A DNA stretch of 64,000 bases from Bdellovibrionales bacterium (GTDB lineage: Bacteria; Bdellovibrionota; Bdellovibrionia; Bdellovibrionales; JAUICD01), in the NCBI GenBank assembly GCA_965262715.1, contig OZ253553.1, positions 2,240,001-2,304,000 of the forward strand, read 5' to 3'. The position numbers and the translations under genes are program-made. Below are positions 9,748 to 20,059 of the stretch, one piece after another; position 1 is the stretch's first letter, and the number at the start of each line of letters is the position of its first letter. The notes beneath the pieces were generated by a model. That model was not told where the DNA came from. It searched no databases and worked only from the letters and a program-made list of their open reading frames with translations.

Positions 9748-11787
9748 GTGAAAAAACTATATTTATCAAACCCTGAAGAAGAAGTTAAGGAATTTGCGCA
9801 CAAGTATAAGTTTCTGTATTCTATTCTTGGTATTGTATTTATGATCTTTGCTTGTCGTCTTTGGTATCTACAAGTATTTCAAGGCAAAGATCTACGCCTA
9901 TGGTCAGAAAGAAATCACATTAAATTACAAAAACTAGATGCACCAAGGGGAATGATCTTAGATCGCAAAGGACGAGTTATTGTTGATAATCGACATGGTT
10001 TTGATGTGGTTATCACACCACAATATGCTAGAAAACTCAATGAAACAGCATATCAAATTGCAAAGATTCTTAATTTAGAAACTTCTTACATCATAGAAAA
10101 AGTAAAAAAATCCAGCAAAAAAAACGGGGCTTTTAAACCTATTGTTATCAAAGAGGACCTAAACCGAGATGAAGTTGCTAGAATTGAACGAATGAGAAAA
10201 CATCATCCAGGTCTAAAAATTGAGATCCGTATTAAACGCACTTATTTGATGGGAGATAATGGTGCCCAGCTCTTTGGATATGTAGGGGAGGCAACGTCTC
10301 AACAAATACAAAAAAGAAATATCCAATCTTCATCTCATCATATTTATCAAGGTGATACCACAGGAAGAAGTGGTATAGAAGCTGACTTTGACACATATCT
10401 TAGAGGTAAAAGTGGTATGAATTTTGTCCAAGTCGATGTTTCAGGAAGAGAATTCAAATCTGTAGAAGCACCACGAGTACTGAGTTTACTTGATTCTATA
10501 CAAGAACCTCAACCTGGGCATTCCCTAATCTTAACATTAGATAAACAAATTCAAGAAGTGGCCTACAATGCATTTGCTAAAACAGGACGTATAGGATCTG
10601 TTGTTGTATTAGAAAATAAAACAGGAAAAGTTTTAGCGTGGGTAAATTCTCCAAGCTTTGACCCCTCATTATTTTGGCCAAAGATAAAATCAGAGAATTG
10701 GCAAACTCTTATAAACAATCCTTTAGAACCCTTAAGAAATAAAGTCATTCAAAATCACTACCCTCCAGGGTCGACATTTAAAGTCATTCTTGCTCTTGCA
10801 GGCCTTCAGGAAGGTTTAATAGATACTCAAACAACTCATGATTGCAACGGATCATTGAAGTTAGGGCGTCGCAGATTTTATTGCGCTAAACGGCACGGAC
10901 ATGGACAGCTAAACATAGTTCAAGCTATTGAAGAATCTTGTAATGTCTTTTTTTATAAACTAGGTATGAGCTTGGGCATTGAAAAAATAGCTCAATATGG
11001 ACGCTCGTTGGGTATAGGCCAGAAAACAGGAATAGACATCACAGGCGAAGTGTCTGGCCTGATGCCTGATGCTTTTTGGAAAGAAAAAACCAAAAAAGAA
11101 CCATGGCAATTAGGAGAAACTTTAAATATTTCCATTGGACAAGGATTTTTATTAACTTCACCTCTACAATTGGCAAGTATTTTATCAGGTATTGCAAATA
11201 GCGGTCCTGTTTACAAGCCCTACATTGTAGATAAAATATTAAATGTAGAAGGACAAGCTATACACCAAACAAAGCCTCAATTACTACGAGATCCTTCAAG
11301 TGGATTCAACACAGAAGTGACTATTTCAAAGAAAAACTATCAAATTTTACAACAAGGTCTCTTTTCAGTCATACATGGAAAGAAAGGCACTGCAAGATGG
11401 TATAAAGTTCCAGGTATAAAAGCTGCTGGTAAATCAGGAACCGTACAAGTCAAGACAATGAACGCAGAACAGCTTTTTAAAAAATGTGAAGAACTACCTG
11501 TTTTACAACGCCATCATGGCTGGTTCATTGGCTATGCGCCTTTTGATCAACCAGAAATCACAATAGCTGTTTTTGCACAGAATGCTTGTTCAGGATCAAG
11601 AGGAGGAGCTCCAGTTTTTAGAGATATTGTAAAAGCTTACTTTAAAGAAAATCTCATACAAAAGAAAACTTCTCTACAGACTTCTAATAAACTGATCTTA
11701 AAAGGCAATATCACATCAAAAAAAGGCAACCTAAATAACAATCATTTATCTTTGATCAACAATAAAAACCTCAAGGTTATTCAATAG
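9748..11787 (+). CDS. mrdA: Penicillin-binding protein 2
   Basis: APRGMILDR, SxxK (GSTFK), SCN, KSGT. Confidence 0.95.
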   Translation: MKKLYLSNPEEEVKEFAHKYKFLYSILGIVFMIFACRLWYLQVFQGKDLRLWSERNHIKLQKLDAPRGMILDRKGRVIVDNRHGFDVVITPQYARKLNETAYQIAKILNLETSYIIEKVKKSSKKNGAFKPIVIKEDLNRDEVARIERMRKHHPGLKIEIRIKRTYLMGDNGAQLFGYVGEATSQQIQKRNIQSSSHHIYQGDTTGRSGIEADFDTYLRGKSGMNFVQVDVSGREFKSVEAPRVLSLLDSIQEPQPGHSLILTLDKQIQEVAYNAFAKTGRIGSVVVLENKTGKVLAWVNSPSFDPSLFWPKIKSENWQTLINNPLEPLRNKVIQNHYPPGSTFKVILALAGLQEGLIDTQTTHDCNGSLKLGRRRFYCAKRHGHGQLNIVQAIEESCNVFFYKLGMSLGIEKIAQYGRSLGIGQKTGIDITGEVSGLMPDAFWKEKTKKEPWQLGETLNISIGQGFLLTSPLQLASILSGIANSGPVYKPYIVDKILNVEGQAIHQTKPQLLRDPSSGFNTEVTISKKNYQILQQGLFSVIHGKKGTARWYKVPGIKAAGKSGTVQVKTMNAEQLFKKCEELPVLQRHHGWFIGYAPFDQPEITIAVFAQNACSGSRGGAPVFRDIVKAYFKENLIQKKTSLQTSNKLILKGNITSKKGNLNNNHLSLINNKNLKVIQ

Positions 11788-12908
11788 TGAGTCAATATTT
11801 ACAAGTAGAAAAAAAATCTTTACTTCACAAAATTGACTGGCGTTTAGTCACAGTTATTTTATTTTTAAATGTTGTTGGACTTTTGAATCTATATAGCGCG
11901 ACTCATGGAGTTCATACAATAGGTTTAAGCAGAAATTTCTTATTTCAAATAACATGTCTTTTAGGAGGATGGACTGTTTTTACTATAATCACACTCATAA
12001 ACTACAAACATTTGATACGATTTTCTTATATTTTTTACATTTTAAATCTTATAGCTTTAATATTAGTTCCTTTTATTGGTCGTTCTACATATGGTGCTAA
12101 AAGATGGATAGATCTTGGATTTTTTAGTTTTCAGCCTTCTGAAACCATGAAGGTTGCGCTGATTTTGATATTAAGCCATCTTTTAATTCATCACAGATAT
12201 ATACAACTATTAAGGTTAAAAGACTTAGCAATACCATTTTTAGTAACTATCATACCTTTCATTCTCACTCTCCGTCAGCCAGATTTAGGAACAGCTATGA
12301 TATTTTTAGCAATAACTCTTTCTATGATTTTATTTATAGGCATACAAAGACCAATTTTTATTGCATGCATTTTCATGGGCATTATAGCTATACCACTTGC
12401 TTGGAATTTTGCTTTAAAGGATTATCAAAAAGGGAGAATTTTAACCTTTTTAGATCCTTCAAGAGACCCTCAAGGTTCTGGCTACAATTCCAATCAATCG
12501 AAAATATCTATAGGCTCAGGTCAAATACTGGGCAAAGGATTTAGGCAAGGCACTCAATCACAATTAAGATTTTTGCCTGAAAGGCATACTGATTTTATAT
12601 TTAGTGTTTTAAGCGAGGAGCATGGTTTTTTAGGTAGTATGGCCACTGTCGGACTTTTTTCTCTTCTACTACTTATAGGTATAAGCATTGCCTCTACCGC
12701 TGCTGACAAAACAGGAGCACTGCTTTCTATGGGATGCGTAGCTGTTCTTTTTTGGCATATATTTGTAAACATTGGAATGGTAACAGGTTTATTGCCAATT
12801 GTTGGCATTCCTCTCCCGCTATTATCTTACGGCGGATCTAATCTTTTACTCACCATGTTCACTCTCGGCCTCATATCAAGTGTAGCGGTGAATAAGAATC
12901 TATTTTAG
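11787..12908 (+). CDS. rodA: SEDS glycosyltransferase RodA
   Basis: QPSE, QPDLGT, LPERHTDFIF, GIPLPLLSYGGS; follows mrdA. Confidence 0.95.
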   Translation: MSQYLQVEKKSLLHKIDWRLVTVILFLNVVGLLNLYSATHGVHTIGLSRNFLFQITCLLGGWTVFTIITLINYKHLIRFSYIFYILNLIALILVPFIGRSTYGAKRWIDLGFFSFQPSETMKVALILILSHLLIHHRYIQLLRLKDLAIPFLVTIIPFILTLRQPDLGTAMIFLAITLSMILFIGIQRPIFIACIFMGIIAIPLAWNFALKDYQKGRILTFLDPSRDPQGSGYNSNQSKISIGSGQILGKGFRQGTQSQLRFLPERHTDFIFSVLSEEHGFLGSMATVGLFSLLLLIGISIASTAADKTGALLSMGCVAVLFWHIFVNIGMVTGLLPIVGIPLPLLSYGGSNLLLTMFTLGLISSVAVNKNLF

Positions 12909-13099
12909 TGAAACGATTTCCTTAACATTTTATTAAAAGACGAACAGAGTCTCCTTACTAAAAATAAACGGGTTTTTGAGGCAGTTAGCACTTTCTTGAA
13001 GACGTAAGTCTTCAGGCTAACTGTCCAAAAATGACCAGAGGTCAGTTTATTTTTAGGGAAACAGCTAGCGGTGAATAAGAATCTATTTTAGTGAAACAG
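12883..13099 (+). repeat. R1 copy flanked by a 32-bp direct repeat of the rodA 3' end
   Basis: TAGCGGTGAATAAGAATCTATTTTAGTGAAAC at 12883-12914 and 13066-13097. Confidence 0.85.
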
Positions 13100-13130
13100 A
13101 TAATTTACCTAAGTTACACCATTAAACTAT

Positions 13131-13200
13131 TTCCGGCCTCCGGGAACTGTTGCCGATACAGTCTCCCGGACTGCCCGACTGCCTGATTGCCCGATGCAAG
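13131..13200. repeat. GC-rich hairpin plus GACTGCCC octamer run (family R3), copy 1
   Basis: AACTGTTGCCG.ATAC.GT.TCCCGGACTGCC shared with 14916-14948. Confidence 0.65.
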
Positions 13201-13374
13201 GACCTTATTTTGTCTCCTATTTAAGTCTGTTTTACAAAAAAAGTCACCTTCAAAGATTCTTATCTATTTCAATTATCTTTAAAGTTCAAAACAAATATCT
13301 TAAAACACCTGTTTTTACAATAGACACAAGATAACCCTTTCTAAATAAGATATATGTTTTGCTCTTCATTTATG

Positions 13375-13390
13375 TGGCACGACTTTTGCT
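13375..13390 (+). promoter_or_regulatory. Sigma54 -24/-12 promoter
   Basis: TGGCAC-gactt-TTGCT, exact consensus spacing, 55 bp upstream of lipoprotein A. Confidence 0.8.
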
Positions 13391-13445
13391 TCTTTATTCC
13401 TTGAATTAAATAATTTTTTATAACTATATTTTAGGAGATATTAAT

Positions 13446-14771
13446 ATGCGCAATTTAACTTATTTATTAACAGGAACACTTTTATTCACATCTATAATAG
13501 TAGGATGTAAAAAAGATAAATCACCTTCTTCATCCAATCCTACAGGCAATCAAAATTCTAATATAGAAAATATATCTAATACAGAAGATCACTATGCCTT
13601 AACAGATTCAGGTTCTACCTCAATAACTGATGTAGATACAAATGAAAACAGACATAATCTTTCTATAAAAAAATGGGGATTTCAAGTTAATGATGAAAGC
13701 AGTGTTACAGCTATAAGTTATGGAGAAGATGTCTTTACACTTGAAAGATTTATGACAACACCTAATGAAGAACTTATATTAATTTCAGCTAATAACATAA
13801 CAAATAACAGTATCTCTATTCTCAAACTCACCCACAAATCAGAAGATAATGATACTCTTATAGGTCAAGTTCAAACAGTAACTCATCCTAATGTTGTTCA
13901 AGAAATAAGAGCTTTTATTAATGATCCTACAGAAAACATCATCTTAGACAGCTATACAGAAGCAGGAACTTTTGAAGATGCTATTTTCAATATCAGTTTT
14001 TATCAAGCTTCATATACTATGAAGGATGATTTTTTCTTCCCTAATCCATTGTCTGCAAATTTTACACACAGACAAAGGATGGCATATCTCATGATTGCAA
14101 ACACTACAGTTGCTAACAATAGATATGTTGATGCAAATATAGTTATTGCATCTACTCCTGCACCTAAGTTTCCTGTGCCCGTAAATGCCATGAGACATGA
14201 AGAGCCTTTAAATCTTTCTTTCCAGCAATCCCAGGAAGACTTCTCGGTAAACACTCCAACTACAGCTCTGATGGAAGGACTAAATATTGAAGAATATAAT
14301 ACTCTTGATATGGATGTTAATACAGTTTTTAACAATCAATCAATTGTATTTACTTTCAATCGATACTTACAGATTTATAATAGAGAGACACAGTTTCAAG
14401 TAGAAATCACTTCAGATATGAAACCACTTCATTTCTCAGTATCACTTTCGAATGTGGCTAGAAGAACTTGGTTACGCATTCAAGAATTTATGCAGTCAGA
14501 TCAAATTCAAGCAGCTTTATCAACAACTCAAGATGCAGCAGCACACTCTCTTGAAAAGAGTCAAGAATTTATGCAGTCAGATGCATTTCAAACAGCCGTA
14601 TCAAAAGTTAAAGAAGGAGCATCGCAATACGCTATGATCAAAATAGGACAACTTATGCAACCACCGACACCCTTATTCTCTCTTGAAGATGAAAATACAG
14701 ATAACTCACCAAACAATGAGCACAATCAAAATCAAGATGTTCCATATATAACCATAAGACTTGACGAATAA
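13446..14771 (+). CDS. Lipoprotein paralog A (unknown function)
   Basis: RBS AGGAG, lipobox IVGC; first about 239 nt identical to paralog B. Confidence 0.85.
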   Translation: MRNLTYLLTGTLLFTSIIVGCKKDKSPSSSNPTGNQNSNIENISNTEDHYALTDSGSTSITDVDTNENRHNLSIKKWGFQVNDESSVTAISYGEDVFTLERFMTTPNEELILISANNITNNSISILKLTHKSEDNDTLIGQVQTVTHPNVVQEIRAFINDPTENIILDSYTEAGTFEDAIFNISFYQASYTMKDDFFFPNPLSANFTHRQRMAYLMIANTTVANNRYVDANIVIASTPAPKFPVPVNAMRHEEPLNLSFQQSQEDFSVNTPTTALMEGLNIEEYNTLDMDVNTVFNNQSIVFTFNRYLQIYNRETQFQVEITSDMKPLHFSVSLSNVARRTWLRIQEFMQSDQIQAALSTTQDAAAHSLEKSQEFMQSDAFQTAVSKVKEGASQYAMIKIGQLMQPPTPLFSLEDENTDNSPNNEHNQNQDVPYITIRLDE

Positions 14772-14798
14772 ATATAGTTCATAACTACTTAAGCCTCT

Positions 14799-14968
14799 TT
14801 CCGGAATCAGGTAATCAGGTAAGCTGATTCCCAGACTGCCCGACTGCCAGAAGCTTTTTAGTGAAACGATTTCCTTAACATGATATTTTCCGGGATTCCG
14901 ACAAACTGTGTCAGGTAACTGTTGCCGGATACCGTTTCCCGGACTGCCAGTTTGCCATATCCCGGAAT
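14799..14968. repeat. R3 copy 2 with an embedded R1 fragment (14853-14884)
   Basis: GACTGCCCGACTGCC, TTCCGGGAT...ATCCCGGAA inverted repeat, TTTTAGTGAAACGATTTCCTTAACAT. Confidence 0.65.
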
Positions 14969-14991
14969 AAAGAGGGTTTAAGTTGTCTTGA

Positions 14992-15378
14992 ATCTTATTT
15001 AATAAAGACATATTTTTGTCCTTTTTTAAACATAAGAGAGGATTGCCTACAGGACATGTTACTCAAGATAATCCTCCTACTCCACCATCAATTGATAGAG
15101 CAGAAGATCAAATACAACCTCTGGTTTCAACATCTCCTCAGCAAGCTCTACGTGAGTTTGAAGAGCACAATGCACATGTGCCTAGTATTCCTAAGATTTG
15201 CTGAAGAAATGACAGTCATCTCACCTGAAGACCCAGACTTTACAGGCATTGAAAAGTGACAGTCACCCCATCTAATAATTGTGGTGCAATATATGCACAA
15301 GAAGGGTTAGCTGACAATTATAGAAACTGTGCAAGAGCTGTTATAGAAATAGGATCAGAAGATTTTACTACAAATTAA
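14992..15378 (+). pseudogene. Internally deleted fourth lipoprotein paralog
   Basis: Distal promoter piece (ATCTTATTT...ACATATTTT.GTC, cf. 18501) fused to a frameshifted copy of paralog B's 3' end (15037-15378 vs 17737-18137). Confidence 0.75.
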
Positions 15379-15410
15379 AATATAATATGTAGCTCTCTTC
15401 GGAGAGGTAT

Positions 15411-15733
15411 CTGCCTTACTAAAAATGAACATGATTTTGAGACAATTAGCATTTTCTTGAAGACTTAGGCTTTTCAGACTAACTGGTAAATAACAACACT
15501 TTCCTTAACATTGTGTTAAAAAACGAGGGGAGCCTCCCTCCTAAAAATAAACAGGTTTTTGAGGTAGTTAGCATTTTCTTGAAGATGCAAGTCTTCAGGC
15601 TAATTAGATACATTTAAAGAGTCTATCATCTATAAATTAGACACCTGTAATCTTTAAAAATCTCAGTGAGACAAGCCTTAACGCTTGTCTATTCCAAAAA
15701 TGACCAGAGGTCAGTTTATTTTGAGTGAAACAG
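15411..15733 (+). repeat. R1 copies (degenerate plus interrupted)
   Basis: CCTAAAAATAAAC, GAAGAT-GCAA-GTCTTC hairpin at 15581, terminus GTTTATTTTGAGTGAAACAG. Confidence 0.8.
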
Positions 15734-15907
15734 AAGAACATATTTTGTCTTCTACTGAAAGCTATTTGACAAAAAAAGTCACTTTAAAGCTGTCTATCTA
15801 CTTCAGAAATCTTTAGAATTCAAAACAAATGCCTTAAAGTGGCCGTTTTACAATAGATACAAGATGATTTTCTCTAAATAAAATAAATACTTTATCTTTT
15901 ATTTATA

Positions 15908-15923
15908 TGGCACAATTTTTGCT
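15908..15923 (+). promoter_or_regulatory. Sigma54 -24/-12 promoter
   Basis: TGGCAC-aattt-TTGCT upstream of lipoprotein B. Confidence 0.8.
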
Positions 15924-15987
15924 CTTTTATATTTAAAATCAAATTTAATTTAAACAATTTTATAAAATATAATCAGGAGAATTTATT

Positions 15988-17919
15988 ATGCGCAATTTAA
16001 CTTATTTATTAACAGGAACACTTTTATTCACATCTATAATAGTAGGATGTAAAAAAGATAAATCACCTTCTTCATCCAATCCTACAGGCAATCAAAATTC
16101 TAATATAGAAAATATATCTAATACAGAAGATCACTATGCCTTAACAGATTCAGGTTCTACCTCAATAACTGATGTAGATACAAATGAAAACAGACATAAT
16201 CTTTCTATAAAAAAATGGGGATTTCAGCTTAATGCAGATAATACAGTTACAGCTTTAAGTTATGGAACAGACATTTTCACTCTTCAAAAAGCTATGAAGA
16301 CCTCTGATGAATATCCTATACTCATTTCAAATAATGCTTTAACAAGTAACAGCATCTCTATTCTTAAATTCATTTACAAATCAGAACATGAGGATATTCT
16401 TATAGGTCAAATGCAAACAGTAACTCATCCTGATGTCATTCAAGAAATAAGAGACTTCATTAATGGTGTTGATGAAGATGATACTTTAAATAGCTATACA
16501 GAACTAGAAAATTCTGAAAAAGTTGATTTTAATATAAGCTTCTATAAAGCTTCATATACTGTTGAGCATTCATTTTCTTTTTTCTCATCAGCCAATGTTT
16601 CTTTTAGAAACAGAAACCCCCAAGCTTATATGATGATTGCAGATACTGCAGTTGGAGAAGAAAGACAAGTTGGCGTAAATATAGCCCTCGTATCTAACTC
16701 TAACCCTTCAACTATTGCATATCAAGAACCTTTACATCTCTCTTTCCAGCAACCTTATGCAGCTTTATCAACAAACTCTAATACTACAGGTTTTATAGAA
16801 GGATTAAATATTGAAGGACTGGACCCTCTTACTATGAATGTTGCTACAACTACTACTGACCCCATCTCATTTTCTTTCAGTCAAACTCTATCTGTTAATG
16901 ATCAAGAGAAAGAACTTCAAATAACAGTCACTTCAGACATGGAACCACTTTACTTTGAAACACCTGTTCTAAATCAACTTTCAAGAGCTTTTACAAACAC
17001 TTTAGAAGTTGCTGAAGACATTCTCTATTCAGATACAGCTCAAAACACATTAATAACTGCATTAACATATAGAGCAAGACTTCGCAACTGGGTGGAATCA
17101 AAGTTTTTTCCTGAAAATGAAGCAAGCCTTATGCAACGACTAGGATCACGGGTAGGATCATTGTTTTCTGGAAGTGAGAATACAGAAGAAGAATATAAAC
17201 AGAATGCAGAAAATGTAAAAAGTTTTTCTCGGGATGACATTTATACAAGAGGATTGCCTACAGGACAAGTCACTCAAGATAACAATCCCACTTCACAACA
17301 AGTTGATAGTGAAAATGAAACAGGCTTTATACAATGGGCAAGATCATTGTTTTCTGGAAGTGAGAATACAGAAGAAGAATATAAACAGAATGCAGAAAAT
17401 GTAAAAAGTTTTTCTCGGGATGACATTTATACAAGAGGACTGCCTACAGGACAAGTCACTCAAGATAACAATCCCACTTCACAACAAGTTGATAGTGAAA
17501 ATGAAACAGGCTTTATACAATCAATAAGCTCGTTTTTCTCTTCTGAAAATGATACCACAGAGGCTGTACAAGAAATTGATTGGAACGAAGTTTATCAAAC
17601 TTCACAACGGGTTGATAATGAAGCAGGCTTTATACAATGGGCAAGATCATTGTTTTCTGGAAGTGAGAATACAGAAGAAGAATATAAACAGAATGCAGAA
17701 AATGTAAAAAGTTTTTCTCGGGATGACATTTATACAAGAGGACTGCCTACAGGACAGGTTACTCAAGATAATACTCCTACTCCACCATCAATTGATAGAG
17801 CAGAAGATCAAATACAACCTCTAGTTTCAACATCTCCTCAGCAAGCTCTACGTGAATTTGAAGAGCGCAATGCACATGCACCTAGTATTCCGATTCTAAG
17901 GTTTGTTGAAGAAATGTGA
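15988..17919 (+). CDS. Lipoprotein paralog B with three near-identical internal repeats
   Basis: Lipobox IVGC; SLFSGSENTEEEYKQNAENVKSFSRDDIYTRGLPTGQVTQDN x3 (nt 17156, 17342, 17645). Confidence 0.85.
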   Translation: MRNLTYLLTGTLLFTSIIVGCKKDKSPSSSNPTGNQNSNIENISNTEDHYALTDSGSTSITDVDTNENRHNLSIKKWGFQLNADNTVTALSYGTDIFTLQKAMKTSDEYPILISNNALTSNSISILKFIYKSEHEDILIGQMQTVTHPDVIQEIRDFINGVDEDDTLNSYTELENSEKVDFNISFYKASYTVEHSFSFFSSANVSFRNRNPQAYMMIADTAVGEERQVGVNIALVSNSNPSTIAYQEPLHLSFQQPYAALSTNSNTTGFIEGLNIEGLDPLTMNVATTTTDPISFSFSQTLSVNDQEKELQITVTSDMEPLYFETPVLNQLSRAFTNTLEVAEDILYSDTAQNTLITALTYRARLRNWVESKFFPENEASLMQRLGSRVGSLFSGSENTEEEYKQNAENVKSFSRDDIYTRGLPTGQVTQDNNPTSQQVDSENETGFIQWARSLFSGSENTEEEYKQNAENVKSFSRDDIYTRGLPTGQVTQDNNPTSQQVDSENETGFIQSISSFFSSENDTTEAVQEIDWNEVYQTSQRVDNEAGFIQWARSLFSGSENTEEEYKQNAENVKSFSRDDIYTRGLPTGQVTQDNTPTPPSIDRAEDQIQPLVSTSPQQALREFEERNAHAPSIPILRFVEEM

Positions 17920-18137
17920 CAATCATCTCACCTGAAGACCCAGACTTTGCAGGCATTGAACAAGTGACGGTCATCGCACCTGAAGGGCCAGCTTTCTCAG
18001 GCCTTGTTGAACAAGTGACAGTCACCCCATCTAATAATTGTGATGCAATATATGCACAAGAAGGGTTAACTGACAATTATAGAAGCTGTGCAAGAGCTGC
18101 TATAGAAATAGGATCAGAAGATTTTACAACAAATTAA
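17916..18137 (+). pseudogene. Out-of-frame C-terminal tail of paralog B
   Basis: GAAATGTGACA here vs GAAATGACA in the 15.2 kb copy: a 2-nt difference creates the stop. Confidence 0.6.
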
Positions 18138-18153
18138 AATAGAACATAATATG

Positions 18154-18185
18154 TACCTCTCTTCTAAAAAGAGAGGTGCTTTTTA
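18154..18185 (+). terminator. Intrinsic terminator after paralog B
   Basis: ACCTCTCT-loop-AGAGAGGT followed by a T run. Confidence 0.65.
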
Positions 18186-18386
18186 AGCTTCTATACTTAT
18201 TCATTCATCTTACTTATGCAATTTTTATAACTTTAAGAAACTTGTTGTTTATTGATTTATCTAAGTTAAAACTTACTTGATGGCCATCTTTCGGAATCCA
18301 AAAGTCCAAGAGATTGAAAATCTGGCAGTCTGCTTATTTTGAACTTTTCCCTAATTTTTTCTCCCAACAAAAGATAAATAAAAAGT

Positions 18387-18440
18387 TGTATCCCTAAAAA
18401 TGAACCACTCTCGACAAGCCTGTTTATTTTGAGTGATACA
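18387..18440. repeat. 54-bp minimal R1 element: two imperfect inverted termini and a short spacer
   Basis: TGTATCCCTAAAAATGAAC...GTTTATTTTGAGTGATACA. Confidence 0.75.
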
Positions 18441-18687
18441 GCTTACCTTGTCTGCCCAACTCCAAGACACTAGATAAATATAGTTTTCTAAAACGAGGAC
18501 ATCTTATTTATTAAGAAAACATATTTTGTCTCTTACTAAAAGCTATTCGACAAAAAAAGTCACTTTCAAAAGTTTTATCTATTTCAATTATCTTTGAAAA
18601 CTAAAACAAGTGCCTTAAAATGGCTGTTTTACAATAGATACAAGATGATTTTCTCTAAATAAATATAAATCCTACTTCTTATTTATA

Positions 18688-18703
18688 TGGCATAATTTTT
18701 GCT
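18688..18703 (+). promoter_or_regulatory. Sigma54 -24/-12 promoter
   Basis: TGGCAT-aattt-TTGCT upstream of lipoprotein C. Confidence 0.75.
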
Positions 18704-18769
18704 CTTTTATATTTAAACATATATATAATTTAAATAACTTTATAAGAAATAGAATCAGGAGAGATTAAT

Positions 18770-20059
18770 ATGCGTAGCTTAACTTATTTATTAACAGGAA
18801 CACTTTTATTCACCTCTATAATAATAGGATGTAATGAAAATCAATCACCTTCTTCACCCAGTCCTACAAGTGACCAAGAATCACCTCAGACAGAAAATAG
18901 TCCTGATACAAGTACTCAGCCTGTTTTAGTAGGAGCAGGTTCTACCTCAGTAAATACAGATCCAAACACAACTCTACCGAACTCATCTATAAAAAAATGG
19001 GGGTTTCAGTTTAATGCAAGTAATGAACTTACAGCTTTTAGCTATGGAACAAATACTTTCACTTTTGAAAGAGTTATGATGACATCTGATTATCCTATAC
19101 TCATTTCAAATAATGCTTTAACAAACGACAGTATCTCTATTCTCCACTTCACTCACAACCCAGAAGATAAAGATGTTCTTATAGGTCAAATTCAAATTGT
19201 AACTCATCCTGATGTTATTCAAGAAATAAGAGACTTTATTAATGGTGCTGGAGAAGACAATACTCTAGATAGCTATACAGAAGTAGAAACCTCTGAAAAA
19301 GTTGATTTTAATATAAGCTTCTATAAAACTTCTTATACTGTTGAACATCAATTTCCTTTTATATCATCAGGCAACATCTCTTTTACAAACAGAAAAAAAC
19401 AAGCTTATATGATGATTGCAGACACTGTAGTTGAAGGAGAAAGACAGGCTGGTGTAAATATAGCCATCGTATCTAACTCTAACCCTTCAACTATTGCATA
19501 TCAAGAACCTTTACATCTCTCTTTCCAGCAACCTTATGGAGCTTTTTCAACAAACTCTAACACTACAGGCTTGATAGAAGGACTAAATATTGAAGGGCTG
19601 GACCCTCTTATTACTATGAATGTTGACACAACTACTGAATCTCTCCCCTTCTCATTTTCTTTCAGTCAAACTCTACATATCAATGATCAAGATATAGAGC
19701 TCCAAATAGAAGTTACTTCAGACATGGAACCACTTCATTTTGAAGCAGGTTTATTAAGTACCCTTAGAAGAGCTGGATCAGACTTTATACAATCGATAGG
19801 ATCATTTTTCTCTTCTGAACAGGACACTCAAGATAATACTCCTACTCCACCATCAATTGATAGAGCAGAAGATCAAATACAACCTCTAGTTCAAACACCT
19901 CCACAGCAGGCTTTGCGCGAATTCGAACAACGCAGTGCACATGAAGCTGAACAGCAGGCTATACTCGAACTTGAGCAACGCAACGCACGCGAATCTGAAC
20001 AACTAAATATTCCAATTCTAAGGTTTTCCGAAGGAATAACAGTATATCCAGCTAACTAA
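18770..20059 (+). CDS. Lipoprotein paralog C
   Basis: Lipobox IIGC; core close to paralog B; shares the TQDNTPTPPSIDRAEDQIQPLV cassette. Confidence 0.85.
   Translation: MRSLTYLLTGTLLFTSIIIGCNENQSPSSPSPTSDQESPQTENSPDTSTQPVLVGAGSTSVNTDPNTTLPNSSIKKWGFQFNASNELTAFSYGTNTFTFERVMMTSDYPILISNNALTNDSISILHFTHNPEDKDVLIGQIQIVTHPDVIQEIRDFINGAGEDNTLDSYTEVETSEKVDFNISFYKTSYTVEHQFPFISSGNISFTNRKKQAYMMIADTVVEGERQAGVNIAIVSNSNPSTIAYQEPLHLSFQQPYGAFSTNSNTTGLIEGLNIEGLDPLITMNVDTTTESLPFSFSFSQTLHINDQDIELQIEVTSDMEPLHFEAGLLSTLRRAGSDFIQSIGSFFSSEQDTQDNTPTPPSIDRAEDQIQPLVQTPPQQALREFEQRSAHEAEQQAILELEQRNARESEQLNIPILRFSEGITVYPAN

Noticed and set aside
14706..15011. 101-aa minus-strand ORF
   Set aside because: Runs through R3/R1 repeats and overlaps lipoprotein A antisense
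15037..18137. DGR template/variable repeat pair
   Set aside because: Differences are not adenine-specific, include indels, and no reverse transcriptase is in the window
13083..18440. Integron attC cassette array
   Set aside because: No RYYYAAC/GTTRRRY cores and no integrase; genes carry their own promoters
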